DNA from: Euryarchaeota archaeon SM23-78
GTDB lineage: Archaea; Nanobdellota; Nanobdellia; Woesearchaeales; SM23-78
Direction of reading: 5' to 3'
Length of the DNA stretch: 64,000 bases
NCBI GenBank assembly: GCA_001595785.1
Contig: LSSJ01000023.1
Coordinates: 4,870 to 68,869, forward strand
The notes below the pieces were generated by a model that saw only the letters and a list, made by a program, of their open reading frames with translations, ran no database searches and was not told the DNA's origin. The position numbers and the translations under genes are program-made. Shown here one piece after another: positions 8,180-16,618 of this stretch. Within the stretch, counting starts at the first letter, position 1. The number at the start of each line of letters is the position of its first letter.

Positions 8180-9723
8180 TTTCCTCCTCCATAACCAGGA
8201 AAGGGTGGTATTTTATTCAAGTCTGGTCCAATTATAGGAAAAGGCGGTCCTGGATGTGCTGCATTATACTTTTCTTTTGCTTTTTCCCATTTAAGATTTA
8301 CATTTGATTCATGATCAATTAGATGATGATGTCCAGGAGCATAATTTTTTAAGTGTTCAAAGGCCATAAATAAATCACGATTATTTCTAGCTAAGTATGT
8401 TGAAAATGAATTCTCATCAATCTTATCTCCTAGCTCTTGAATCAGTGCATAGGTAGTCTCTGGGTCTAGGTAAGCTACAAAAGCAATCTTTTTTACATAT
8501 TTCTCAGGAACCTTTGTGTCTTGCTTAATCTTTTCAACCCAGTATTTAAGCTCCCATTTACCTTCACTTTCAAAACTACCTTCCCAAGTAACTTTATCCT
8601 CAAAAAGCCTGATAACTCTTGCTTTTCTTTCATAAGAAGCTACTCTTTCCTTCTGATCTTCTGCTCTGATTAGTTCCTGGTTTAGTTTAAGAGTCTCATT
8701 GTGTCTAGCTATAAAACCAACAAGCATGGCCAGTGCACTTGCTCCTACTAAAGTCCAGACAGAATATCTTATAGCTCTTTGTTTTGGTCTTGATTTTTCA
8801 TATTTACGAATTGCTTTATTTAATAGATGAGAAAGCTCATGTGCATCTTTTATTCTATAATCAGGATAGTCAAGGCATTTCTTTAGGAGTTTTTTGAATG
8901 CCTTTGGAATCTTTTTTGAGTGGTCTACTTTCTCTATAATTCTCGGAGTCCATCCAAGGGCTTTATGTATCATAATTTCATCAACATAGTGATTTGGATT
9001 CTTTTCTAGTTCTTTTTCAAACACATACTCTCCTGTGAACATTCTATAGAGCAATGAGCCAAAAGACCATATATCTGATTGTTTGGTTGGTCTGCTTCCT
9101 TTTAAAAAGCATTCAGGAGCTCTTGTAAGCACAAAGCCTAAATTGTCTCTAGGAGATGTTGATTGCCCATAAGATGCAAAGGTTGAGGTTCCAAGGTCGT
9201 TTAATAAAGCAATGCCATGCTCATCCAGTGCAACATTATCTGCTTTTATATCTCCATGCACTCTTCTCAGCTTTGTGTGCATCTCAAGAACACCATTTGC
9301 AATATCACATGCATAAGAGATTATTTTATCAATACTAAGCCCTTGTTTTAGATGATTTCTTTGTGAATTATCTTGAAGTATATCAGAGAGAAATTGTTCA
9401 TACTTGGGCATCACAATAAAGGGCTTTCCTTGTTCATCAAATTCTAGTCTTCTTGGGACAATATTTGAACATGCTTTTAACTCTGCTTCTTCTTTTACCA
9501 TTGCTTTAAATGTGTCTAGATTCCTATACATTGCCTGTTGTAAGGCCAGCTCATTAGGTGAAAATACCTTTATTGCTACTTTCTTATTGAGTTTAACATC
9601 ATCTGCATCATAAACAGTTCCCCAGCAGCCTTCACCTAATACCTTGGCAAGAACATATCTTTCATGTTTAATAATGGCTGTCTCAAGGTTCTGCTTTGGT
9701 TGCGGGTTTATTATTTCTCTCAT
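8158..9723 (-). CDS. Ser/Thr protein kinase (paralogue of 6272-8179), one TM segment
   Basis: GEGCWGTV, AIKV, HGDIKADNVAL, NDLGTS. The kinase core is collinear with the downstream paralogue, and a TM segment (VWTLVGASALAMLVGFI) follows. Confidence 0.8.
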   Translation of the reverse strand: MREIINPQPKQNLETAIIKHERYVLAKVLGEGCWGTVYDADDVKLNKKVAIKVFSPNELALQQAMYRNLDTFKAMVKEEAELKACSNIVPRRLEFDEQGKPFIVMPKYEQFLSDILQDNSQRNHLKQGLSIDKIISYACDIANGVLEMHTKLRRVHGDIKADNVALDEHGIALLNDLGTSTFASYGQSTSPRDNLGFVLTRAPECFLKGSRPTKQSDIWSFGSLLYRMFTGEYVFEKELEKNPNHYVDEIMIHKALGWTPRIIEKVDHSKKIPKAFKKLLKKCLDYPDYRIKDAHELSHLLNKAIRKYEKSRPKQRAIRYSVWTLVGASALAMLVGFIARHNETLKLNQELIRAEDQKERVASYERKARVIRLFEDKVTWEGSFESEGKWELKYWVEKIKQDTKVPEKYVKKIAFVAYLDPETTYALIQELGDKIDENSFSTYLARNNRDLFMAFEHLKNYAPGHHHLIDHESNVNLKWEKAKEKYNAAHPGPPFPIIGPDLNKIPPFPGYGGGNWKKKQK

Positions 9724-9860
9724 CTTTCCACCCCTATTAGGACCTTGTTCATAGAATACTCAAAGGCATGTGATTTATTCCTGAATCTGCCTTGTCTAAT
9801 ACTTTCCATTACCTTTAGAACAGTCTCCTCATCAACAGATATGCTTAGTTTTATTTTCAA
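9720..9860 (-). CDS. Ribbon-helix-helix (CopG-like) small protein, 46 aa, TTG start (below the ORF-track cutoff)
   Basis: My translation is (L/M)KIKLSISVDEETVLKVMESIRQGRFRNKSHAFEYSMNKVLIGVER. Its stop overlaps the kinase ATG (ATGA), and GGTGG lies 5 nt upstream of the TTG. Confidence 0.45.
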   Translation of the reverse strand: MKIKLSISVDEETVLKVMESIRQGRFRNKSHAFEYSMNKVLIGVER

Positions 9861-9983
9861 GTATAACCACCGTCCAGCTTGTTGTAAGTAGTATGTTATA
9901 CTACTCCTTTATAAAGCTTTCGTTTTTTAACCACTATTTAGTAGTTACATAGTAATAATAATAGATTAAATTAGAAGCATAAC

Positions 9984-9993
9984 TTTATAAAAA
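9984..9993 (+). promoter_or_regulatory. TATA box (TTTATAAAAA) about 25 nt upstream of the ABCE1 ATG
   Basis: The same (A)nTTTATA(A/T)A element recurs 24-32 nt upstream of many starts in this window. Confidence 0.5.
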
Positions 9994-10013
9994 TCCAAAC
10001 AGAACCAAACACT

Positions 10014-11759
10014 ATGACCAGAATATGCATAGTAAAGAAAGAAAAATGCAATCCAAAGGGCTGCGGAGACTACCTTTGCATTAGAGTGTGCCCTGTTAAT
10101 AGAAAAGGGGATGAGTGCATAATCAAGACAGATGATGGTAAAATAGGCATTAATGAGGAGCTATGCATTGGCTGCCCGATTTGTACCAAAAAATGCCCAT
10201 TTGAAGCCTTAGACATTGTTAATCTGCCAGAAGAGCTTAAAAAAGAGCCTGTGCATAGGTATGATGAGAATGCCTTTGCACTTTATAATCTTCCAATCCC
10301 AATAAATAATAAGGTTGTTGGAATCATTGGAAAGAACGGCATAGGAAAAACTACTGCCTTAAAGATTCTTGCAGGAATAGAAAAACCAAACCTAGGTAAG
10401 CCTGGCAAACCAGCGAGTTATGACAAGTTAATTGATTATTTTAAAGGTAGTGAAGCCCAAGGCTTTTTTGAAAAAGTAAAAAAAGGCAAGGTAAAGCTTA
10501 GTTACAAGCCCCAGCAGGTTGATTTAATTCCAAAGCAATATAAGGGCAAAGTAAGGGGCTTGCTACAAAAGGTTGATGAGAAAAAAGAACTTGATAAAAT
10601 TGCTAAGGTTCTTGAGCTTACTGAAGTATTAGATCATGATATAAACAAGATTAGCGGAGGAGAGCTGCAAAGAGTTGCAATAGCAGCTTGTGTGCTGAAA
10701 AAAGCAGACGTCTATTTCTTTGATGAGCCAAGCAGTTATCTGGATGTTAAGCAAAGACTAAAGATTAGTGGGTTTATAAGAAGCCTTGTGAATAAAAACA
10801 CAGGAGTAATGGTTGTAGAGCACGACTTAATCATTCTTGATTACATGGCAGATTTAATCCATTTAATTTATGGTAAGCCAGGCGCTTATGGAGTTGTTAG
10901 CCAACCCAAATCAGCAAAAGCAGGCATTAATGTTTATTTATCAGGTTATTTAAAAGAAGAGAATGTTCGTTTCAGAGAACAAACAATTAAGTTTGAAGCA
11001 AGACCGCCAGTTGATATAAAGAAAATGAATCTATTAACAGAATGGGAGAGCTTTAAGCACAAGCTAGGAAGCTTTGAACTAAAAGCAGATAAAGGAGAAG
11101 TCTATAAGCATGATATGGTCGGAATTCTTGGAGAGAACGGCATAGGAAAAACAACTTTTGTAAGAATACTAGCAGGAGATATAAAAGGACATGAATTAAA
11201 AGGACTAAAGATGAGTTATAAACCACAGTACCTTGAACAGAATGATGAGCTTGTGATGAACTTTTTGCAAGAAGCAATACAAAAGCATGAAACTCAGATT
11301 ATTAGGCCGCTTGAACTAAAACCATTGTTCATGAGAAAACTGAATGAGCTTAGTGGGGGAGAACTGCAAAGAGTGTGGATAGCCAAGTGTCTTAGTGCAA
11401 ACTCTGACCTAATCCTAATGGACGAGCCATCAGCTTACCTGGATGTAGAGCAAAGATTAAAGCTGGGAAAGATTATAAGAGATATGTTGAAGATAACAGG
11501 CAGAAGTGCATTAATCGTAGATCATGACTTGCTCTTTATAGATACAATTAGCGACAGGCTGACTGTTTTTGAAGGAAAACCAGCAGTACAAGGAAAAGTA
11601 ACAGGGCCTTTCCCAATGGAGCAAGGCATGAATAATTTCTTGAAGAATATTGAGTTAACCTTCAGAAGAGATGAAGAGAGTAAAAGGCCAAGGATAAACA
11701 AGCCTGGCAGTCAAAAAGATGAGGAGCAGAAAAAGAGTGGGAAGCTTTATTATACATAA
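10014..11759 (+). CDS. abce1: ABCE1 / RNase L inhibitor (ribosome-recycling ABC ATPase)
   Basis: An N-terminal 2x[4Fe-4S] Cys cluster (CNPKGCGDYLCIRVCP, CIGCPICTKKCP) is followed by two ABC cassettes (GKNGIGKTT, GENGIGKTT; two LSGGELQRV signatures). Confidence 0.95.
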   Translation: MTRICIVKKEKCNPKGCGDYLCIRVCPVNRKGDECIIKTDDGKIGINEELCIGCPICTKKCPFEALDIVNLPEELKKEPVHRYDENAFALYNLPIPINNKVVGIIGKNGIGKTTALKILAGIEKPNLGKPGKPASYDKLIDYFKGSEAQGFFEKVKKGKVKLSYKPQQVDLIPKQYKGKVRGLLQKVDEKKELDKIAKVLELTEVLDHDINKISGGELQRVAIAACVLKKADVYFFDEPSSYLDVKQRLKISGFIRSLVNKNTGVMVVEHDLIILDYMADLIHLIYGKPGAYGVVSQPKSAKAGINVYLSGYLKEENVRFREQTIKFEARPPVDIKKMNLLTEWESFKHKLGSFELKADKGEVYKHDMVGILGENGIGKTTFVRILAGDIKGHELKGLKMSYKPQYLEQNDELVMNFLQEAIQKHETQIIRPLELKPLFMRKLNELSGGELQRVWIAKCLSANSDLILMDEPSAYLDVEQRLKLGKIIRDMLKITGRSALIVDHDLLFIDTISDRLTVFEGKPAVQGKVTGPFPMEQGMNNFLKNIELTFRRDEESKRPRINKPGSQKDEEQKKSGKLYYT

Positions 11760-11761
11760 AA

Positions 11762-12427
11762 ATGAAAGAACAAAACATCCTTGTAATTCTATCGTGCATT
11801 CTTATAGTCTTCATCCTATTCTCAGCCAGCTTCTTCCTAGTATTAATTGACAGAAGCTTTTATGATAAGAGTTTTAAGAAGTACGGTGTGTATGATGAAA
11901 TAGGGGCGTTGGGTGTTAGGAACACAGTTGACTATTTAATTAATTACTTAACTAGTGGAAATACTGAAATTAATGAAATTGAAGAATTAAGCATATTCAC
12001 ACCAGATGAACAGCTTCATCTTCAAGATGTAAGAAACATTATTATTTGGATAAAAGCCCTTAGTATTGGTGCTGCTGTCTTATTATTTGCTTTTATCATG
12101 CGCTTAAGCGTTCTAAAAGACTATAAGCTTAATATAAAAAGAATGCTTATATATGGAGGTATATCAACCCTTACAGTTCTTATCATCATTTTCTTACTTA
12201 GCCTTAACTTCTCTCCCTTCTTCATGGTATTTCATAAAATCTTTTTTCCACAAGGAAATTATATATTTCCAGCGCATTACCTGTTAATAAAACTCTTTCC
12301 GCAAGAACTCTTCAAGGATTTTGCAAGAAAAATGTTTTTTCACACCCTTCTTATGAGCTTAATCTTACTCTTCATAGGCTTAGGCTCTTCCTCTGCTCTG
12401 GCCATCCGCAACTCCAGACGCAATTAG
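11762..12427 (+). CDS. Integral membrane protein (possibly TIGR01906/DUF1461-like)
   Basis: An N-terminal TM segment, a loop with EQLHLQDVRNII, then 3-4 TM segments. The family call rests on motif memory only. Confidence 0.45.
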   Translation: MKEQNILVILSCILIVFILFSASFFLVLIDRSFYDKSFKKYGVYDEIGALGVRNTVDYLINYLTSGNTEINEIEELSIFTPDEQLHLQDVRNIIIWIKALSIGAAVLLFAFIMRLSVLKDYKLNIKRMLIYGGISTLTVLIIIFLLSLNFSPFFMVFHKIFFPQGNYIFPAHYLLIKLFPQELFKDFARKMFFHTLLMSLILLFIGLGSSSALAIRNSRRN

Positions 12428-12946
12428 ATGAGCAACACGGATAGCTTCAGGCACCTTAGACCTTGGACAAGTGATATTCAACAATTTTATAGTATCCTTC
12501 CTGCTAATACCAACATTCTGCACATAGATATCATTAATCTTAACAGGCTTAGGCATGTTCTTTATTATTTCAATCTTTTTTTTCATACCCAGCTTTTCAA
12601 GAGCAGCAAATAACTTCTTATAATCAGGATACTCACGTATAATCACAACCACAGGAATCTTGGTCTCTTTATATATAACAGCAGGATTAATAACATTAAA
12701 ACCAGCAACAGCAATGCCATCAAGAAAAATAGCTTGTATCTGAGGTCTGAACTTGCAATCCTTAATCATATCAATAATCTTCACAGTAGCATCATCCCCA
12801 TCCTTTTCAACATAGCAGGAAAGAAGGCCATCCATAAAGTTGCCACCCCTATAGACAGTGCCTACAACTAATACATATTTTTGCAAAGGGTCAAACTTAT
12901 CAAAAGGAGCATCATCAATCCCAATAACACGGAGTTCTTTTTTCAT
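12380..12946 (-). CDS. DUF99/UPF0215 family protein (endonuclease dU-like)
   Basis: RVIGIDDAPF..VVGTVYRGGNFMDG..DGDDAT pattern typical of archaeal UPF0215. Confidence 0.6.
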   Translation of the reverse strand: MKKELRVIGIDDAPFDKFDPLQKYVLVVGTVYRGGNFMDGLLSCYVEKDGDDATVKIIDMIKDCKFRPQIQAIFLDGIAVAGFNVINPAVIYKETKIPVVVIIREYPDYKKLFAALEKLGMKKKIEIIKNMPKPVKINDIYVQNVGISRKDTIKLLNITCPRSKVPEAIRVAHLIASGVADGQSRGRA

Positions 12947-13719
12947 CTCAACCTCCTAGCAAATGTCAAAAAACCTGTATGCGCATGGTCCTTGGTCTTT
13001 GGCCTTGCTCTCTTCTTGTCAACAGCCCATTCTCTCTCAATAACCTCAATAGTTTTTTCTAACAAAAATCTTCCTGGCAAAGCCTCAACAAATTTTTGCA
13101 CTTGATTAATATTAGGAAGATATATAACTAAGAAACCTCCTATCTTCAACACTTTAATAGCTGTCTTTAATGCATTCCAAGGCTCAGGTACGTCAAGCAC
13201 AAACACATCAATGTTCTTCTCACCTATTGCTTTGTCATCATATATATCTCCTTTCTTAACAACCACATTTCCCAAACCAAGAGCCTCAACATTCTCCTTA
13301 GTAACCTCAAGGCTCTTATCATCATTATCACAAGTTACTACTTTCTTCGCAAGCATCCCTAGAAAGCATGCTAGTGCTCCTGAACCAGCGCCAGCATCCA
13401 ACACATTCGAATCCTTGGTTATTCCTGTGTTGCTGATAATGGCTCCTATGTCTTTTAGAGTAATGATTTGAGCCATTCTCTTGATTCTCTTGTAATGATC
13501 AAGAAAAACAGGGTCAAGAATAATGAATTCATGGTCTCCTACAGAGACACTAGAGCCAGCTTTCTGTAACAAGTGCTTTTTACTAATAACTCCGTGCTTT
13601 GTATGATAATCACTGCCAGTATCAACAAAGTGCTTTTCAAAGCCAGAAAGAGTAACTTCTCTATCTAAATCCTCAACAAAGGCTTTCTTCTCCTTCTTGA
13701 TTAATACTTTTTTGGTCAT
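12943..13719 (-). CDS. trmI: tRNA (adenine-N1)-methyltransferase TrmI/Gcd14 family
   Basis: SAM motif VLDAGAGSGALACFL with a Gcd14-like N-terminal domain. It lies next to a tRNA gene. Confidence 0.75.
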   Translation of the reverse strand: MTKKVLIKKEKKAFVEDLDREVTLSGFEKHFVDTGSDYHTKHGVISKKHLLQKAGSSVSVGDHEFIILDPVFLDHYKRIKRMAQIITLKDIGAIISNTGITKDSNVLDAGAGSGALACFLGMLAKKVVTCDNDDKSLEVTKENVEALGLGNVVVKKGDIYDDKAIGEKNIDVFVLDVPEPWNALKTAIKVLKIGGFLVIYLPNINQVQKFVEALPGRFLLEKTIEVIEREWAVDKKRARPKTKDHAHTGFLTFARRLR

Positions 13720-13732
13720 TTTGAGAATTGTA

Positions 13733-13844
13733 AGCGCTCGCTGGGATTTGCACCCAGGATCACAGGGGACAACTTTTCATTGGTAAAACCTTATCTTACC
13801 AGTAAATTTGCAGCCTGTTGCCTTAGCTACTTGGCCACGAGCGC
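13733..13844 (-). tRNA. tRNA-Cys(GCA) with one canonical 40-nt intron (37/38)
   Basis: Hand fold: acceptor GCGCTCG/CGAGCGC, anticodon stem ACAGG/CCTGT, loop CTGCAA[intron]C, T stem CTGGG/CCCAG. The T-loop is the atypical TGCAAAT. A TATA-like GCTTTATTAAG lies about 28 nt upstream. Confidence 0.85.
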
Positions 13845-13880
13845 GTTACGTCTAAAGAAGAAGATTATGCTTAATAAAGC

Positions 13881-14282
13881 TTACGATAAAAATTCAGAAA
13901 CAGGTGTAATTTTTGTTTTATGATATCTTTTTAGCTTTAGCAGGTGTTCATCTCCTGAAATAATATAGTTCGCATTTGAAAGCTTTGCTGTTTCTAAAAT
14001 AATATTATCATCTAGATCTTCCTGTATTAGGTTAATTGTGCCTTTGGTTTCAATTATTTCAGAAATTTCAGTTAATATAGTTAAAAAGCTTGTTTTTTGC
14101 TTTTCAGAGAATTTGAATTTAGGATAATCCATCACTCTTAACAATTCTTTGATTTGTGCTTTAGAAATCACAAGGCGGTATTTTCCTGATAGAATTTCAT
14201 CAAACAGGATTCTTGGTTTTCCTTGCCATCCTAGAGCTGATATTAATATATTTGTGTCTAGCACTACTTTTTTCTTGCCCAT
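13881..14282 (-). CDS. PIN-domain toxin (VapC-like)
   Basis: VVLDTNILISAL, acidic residues, IISGDEHLL; 133 aa. It overlaps the upstream antitoxin gene. Confidence 0.75.
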   Translation of the reverse strand: MGKKKVVLDTNILISALGWQGKPRILFDEILSGKYRLVISKAQIKELLRVMDYPKFKFSEKQKTSFLTILTEISEIIETKGTINLIQEDLDDNIILETAKLSNANYIISGDEHLLKLKRYHKTKITPVSEFLS

Positions 14283-14524
14283 TTAACTGCCTCATTGACA
14301 TTTTCTGGGCGAATTTTTTGTTTTTTAAACTGGCTGTTTATTTCTTTTGCCAGCTTTTCAAACTCTGCTTTGGCATCAGGCAAGTTTATTCTTTTGAATA
14401 AAACTCCTTCATTTACTGCAAAAGGTATGAATCTGTCTCCTGTTTTGAAATCCTCGTTTTCTCTTATGTTTTGAGGCACTACCAGTTGTCCTTTTGAGCT
14501 CATTTTCACAATTTCAGTCGCCAT
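14264..14524 (-). CDS. AbrB/SpoVT-type antitoxin (VapB-like)
   Basis: MSSKGQLVVPQNIRENEDFKTGDRF looped-hinge motif. I prefer the ATG at 14524 over the track's TTG at 14542. Confidence 0.7.
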   Translation of the reverse strand: MATEIVKMSSKGQLVVPQNIRENEDFKTGDRFIPFAVNEGVLFKRINLPDAKAEFEKLAKEINSQFKKQKIRPENVNEAVKWARKK

Positions 14525-14792
14525 TTTCACAAACCAGTTCAACTATTTAATTGTTAAACTGTTCAACTATATAAATTTTTCGTTCGCCCAGAAAATAAAA
14601 AAAGAAAATCATTAATAAGCCTCACGTCAACATGTCCAGTGGAGAGTGAAAATATCACGGAAAAAAATCTTTCAGGTTTATTGCTGGAAAAGGCAAGAAA
14701 AAGAAATAATATTACAGACTACAAGCAGGTAAATGATTCCTTATATATATTAAAACTTGCAAAGCACATATCAATGCTTATAAGGTGAGGCA

Positions 14793-15497
14793 ATGAGCGT
14801 AGTAAACAAGGTAAAAAAAGACCTCCAATCCCTTGCAAACCCTAAGCAAGCAAAGCTATTGCAGGGATTCTTTAAAACAGGCCCTGGACAGTACGGCGAA
14901 GAAGATATATTCCTTGGCATCAAGGTTCCTGTCCAGAGAAGTGTTGCTAAGAAACACAAGGATTTAAGTTTAAAAGATATTCAAGAGTTACTTAACAGCA
15001 AGATTCATGAGCATAGATTAGTAGCATTATTCATTCTTATGGATAAATACAAAAAATCAGATAATAAAGGTAAAAAGCAAATCTTTGACACGTATCTTAA
15101 GAACACCAAGAACATTAACAACTGGGACTTGATTGACTTATCGGCTCCTAACATTGTTGGTAATTACCTGCTCGATAAGAAAAGGGAAATATTATACAAA
15201 TTGGCGCATTCAAAGAGTTTGTGGGAGAAAAGAATATCTATTTTAGCAACCTTTGAATTTATAGCTAATAAAGAAACCAAGGATACACTAGCAATAGCAG
15301 AAATATTACTGCACGACAAGCATGATTTAATCCACAAAGCAGTTGGGTGGATGCTTAGAGAGTTGGGCAAAAGAGTGAGCCAAACAGAAGAAGAAAAGTT
15401 CCTAAAAAAATATTATAAAGTAATGCCAAGGACAATGCTAAGATATGCTATAGAAAGATTTAGTGATGAAAAAAAGAAATTCTATATGAAGAAATGA
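14793..15497 (+). CDS. DNA alkylation repair protein (AlkD-like HEAT-repeat family)
   Basis: LQSLANPKQAKLLQGFFKTGPGQYGEEDIFLGIKVP, INNWDLID and WEKRISI are typical of the DNA_alkylation family. Confidence 0.7.
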   Translation: MSVVNKVKKDLQSLANPKQAKLLQGFFKTGPGQYGEEDIFLGIKVPVQRSVAKKHKDLSLKDIQELLNSKIHEHRLVALFILMDKYKKSDNKGKKQIFDTYLKNTKNINNWDLIDLSAPNIVGNYLLDKKREILYKLAHSKSLWEKRISILATFEFIANKETKDTLAIAEILLHDKHDLIHKAVGWMLRELGKRVSQTEEEKFLKKYYKVMPRTMLRYAIERFSDEKKKFYMKK

Positions 15498-15506
15498 TAT
15501 TTAAAA

Positions 15507-16046
15507 TTAACATACAAGTTCATCTAAACTGGTGGATTTTTCTTGCTTTTGTTCTTTAGTTTTTTCTGTGTGATTATTTATGCATAGAATTCCGTTTTCA
15601 TAATTCTTTTTATGCCTGTAAAAAGAACTAAATATGCCTGGAAGTGTATAAGCAATTGGTGCAGAGAGATAACTAGGAACCAAATTTGTTGCTAAAAGAC
15701 CGTAATGAAGAGAAAATTTTGCTATTCCTCCAAAGATACTGGCTTTGCTGCCAACTTTGGCTAGTTTAAGAGAATGTTTTCTGGTATCTAAGCCTTTTGG
15801 GTCTTCCTCTCTCTTATGTACAAATGTATAAGCGATAATATAAGCAGTTAAACCAGCAGCGCATTGAGTTATGTAAGTCAGCACAGAGTTAATTTCCTTA
15901 GGAATACCCAATTCAGATAACACAAGGTTGGATGCGGTTGCTGTGACTAAAGAGGTCAAACTGCTAGCTGTTTCACCAGCTAAGTAATCTTTATTCTCTT
16001 TTACAAACACCCCTTTTATTATATTTCTAGCCTTTTTTATTACCAT
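15507..16046 (-). CDS. Membrane protein, paralogue of 16131-16613
   Basis: Shared C-terminal block SYLSAPIAYTLPGIFSSFYRHKKNYENGI, matching PYYLAPLIGYSIPGLAGSIYRHIKNYNQGI in the neighbour. Confidence 0.6.
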   Translation of the reverse strand: MVIKKARNIIKGVFVKENKDYLAGETASSLTSLVTATASNLVLSELGIPKEINSVLTYITQCAAGLTAYIIAYTFVHKREEDPKGLDTRKHSLKLAKVGSKASIFGGIAKFSLHYGLLATNLVPSYLSAPIAYTLPGIFSSFYRHKKNYENGILCINNHTEKTKEQKQEKSTSLDELVC

Positions 16047-16130
16047 TTAGTAGTAGTTAAATGTGTTTGTATTTATAAGTGTTTCGGAATAAAAACAAAA
16101 TAAGTCAAAATTCAAGCAACAACCCTGTCC

Positions 16131-16613
16131 TTACAACTTCTTTGCTTTCTTTGAAAAAGAGAAAATCCCCTGATTATAATTCTTGATATGCCTATAGATT
16201 GAACCTGCAAGACCAGGAATGCTGTAACCAATCAAAGGAGCCAAGTAATAAGGTAGCATACTTGTTTTTAAAAGAAAATAATGAGCAAGCACCTGCACCA
16301 CCCCCGTTATTATAGAGCCATACACATTTGATTTGATCAACCCCTTAAAATATCTCTTAGGATAAGGGCCTTTATGTTTTAAATTATAAGCCCATCTATG
16401 AGTTAAAATATTACCAATCCAAAAAGCAACAGTCATAGCCACAAATGTGCCAAGAACATTAAGCTCAAAACCAAAACCAATGTTCTTTAAAAAAATTGTT
16501 GCTGCTATTGCAGCAGAATAACCAAGAAGAGCACCACCGAATTCTGCTATATAATAATTAAGATTATCTTTAGAAAATACAACCTGACTAAAACGAAGCT
16601 TAGTTTCACTCAT
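16131..16613 (-). CDS. Membrane protein, paralogue of 15507-16046
   Basis: Start reassigned to the ATG at 16613 (MSETKLRF). The 47 upstream codons of the track ORF translate the tRNA-Arg gene. Confidence 0.6.
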   Translation of the reverse strand: MSETKLRFSQVVFSKDNLNYYIAEFGGALLGYSAAIAATIFLKNIGFGFELNVLGTFVAMTVAFWIGNILTHRWAYNLKHKGPYPKRYFKGLIKSNVYGSIITGVVQVLAHYFLLKTSMLPYYLAPLIGYSIPGLAGSIYRHIKNYNQGIFSFSKKAKKL

Positions 16614-16618
16614 AAGAA

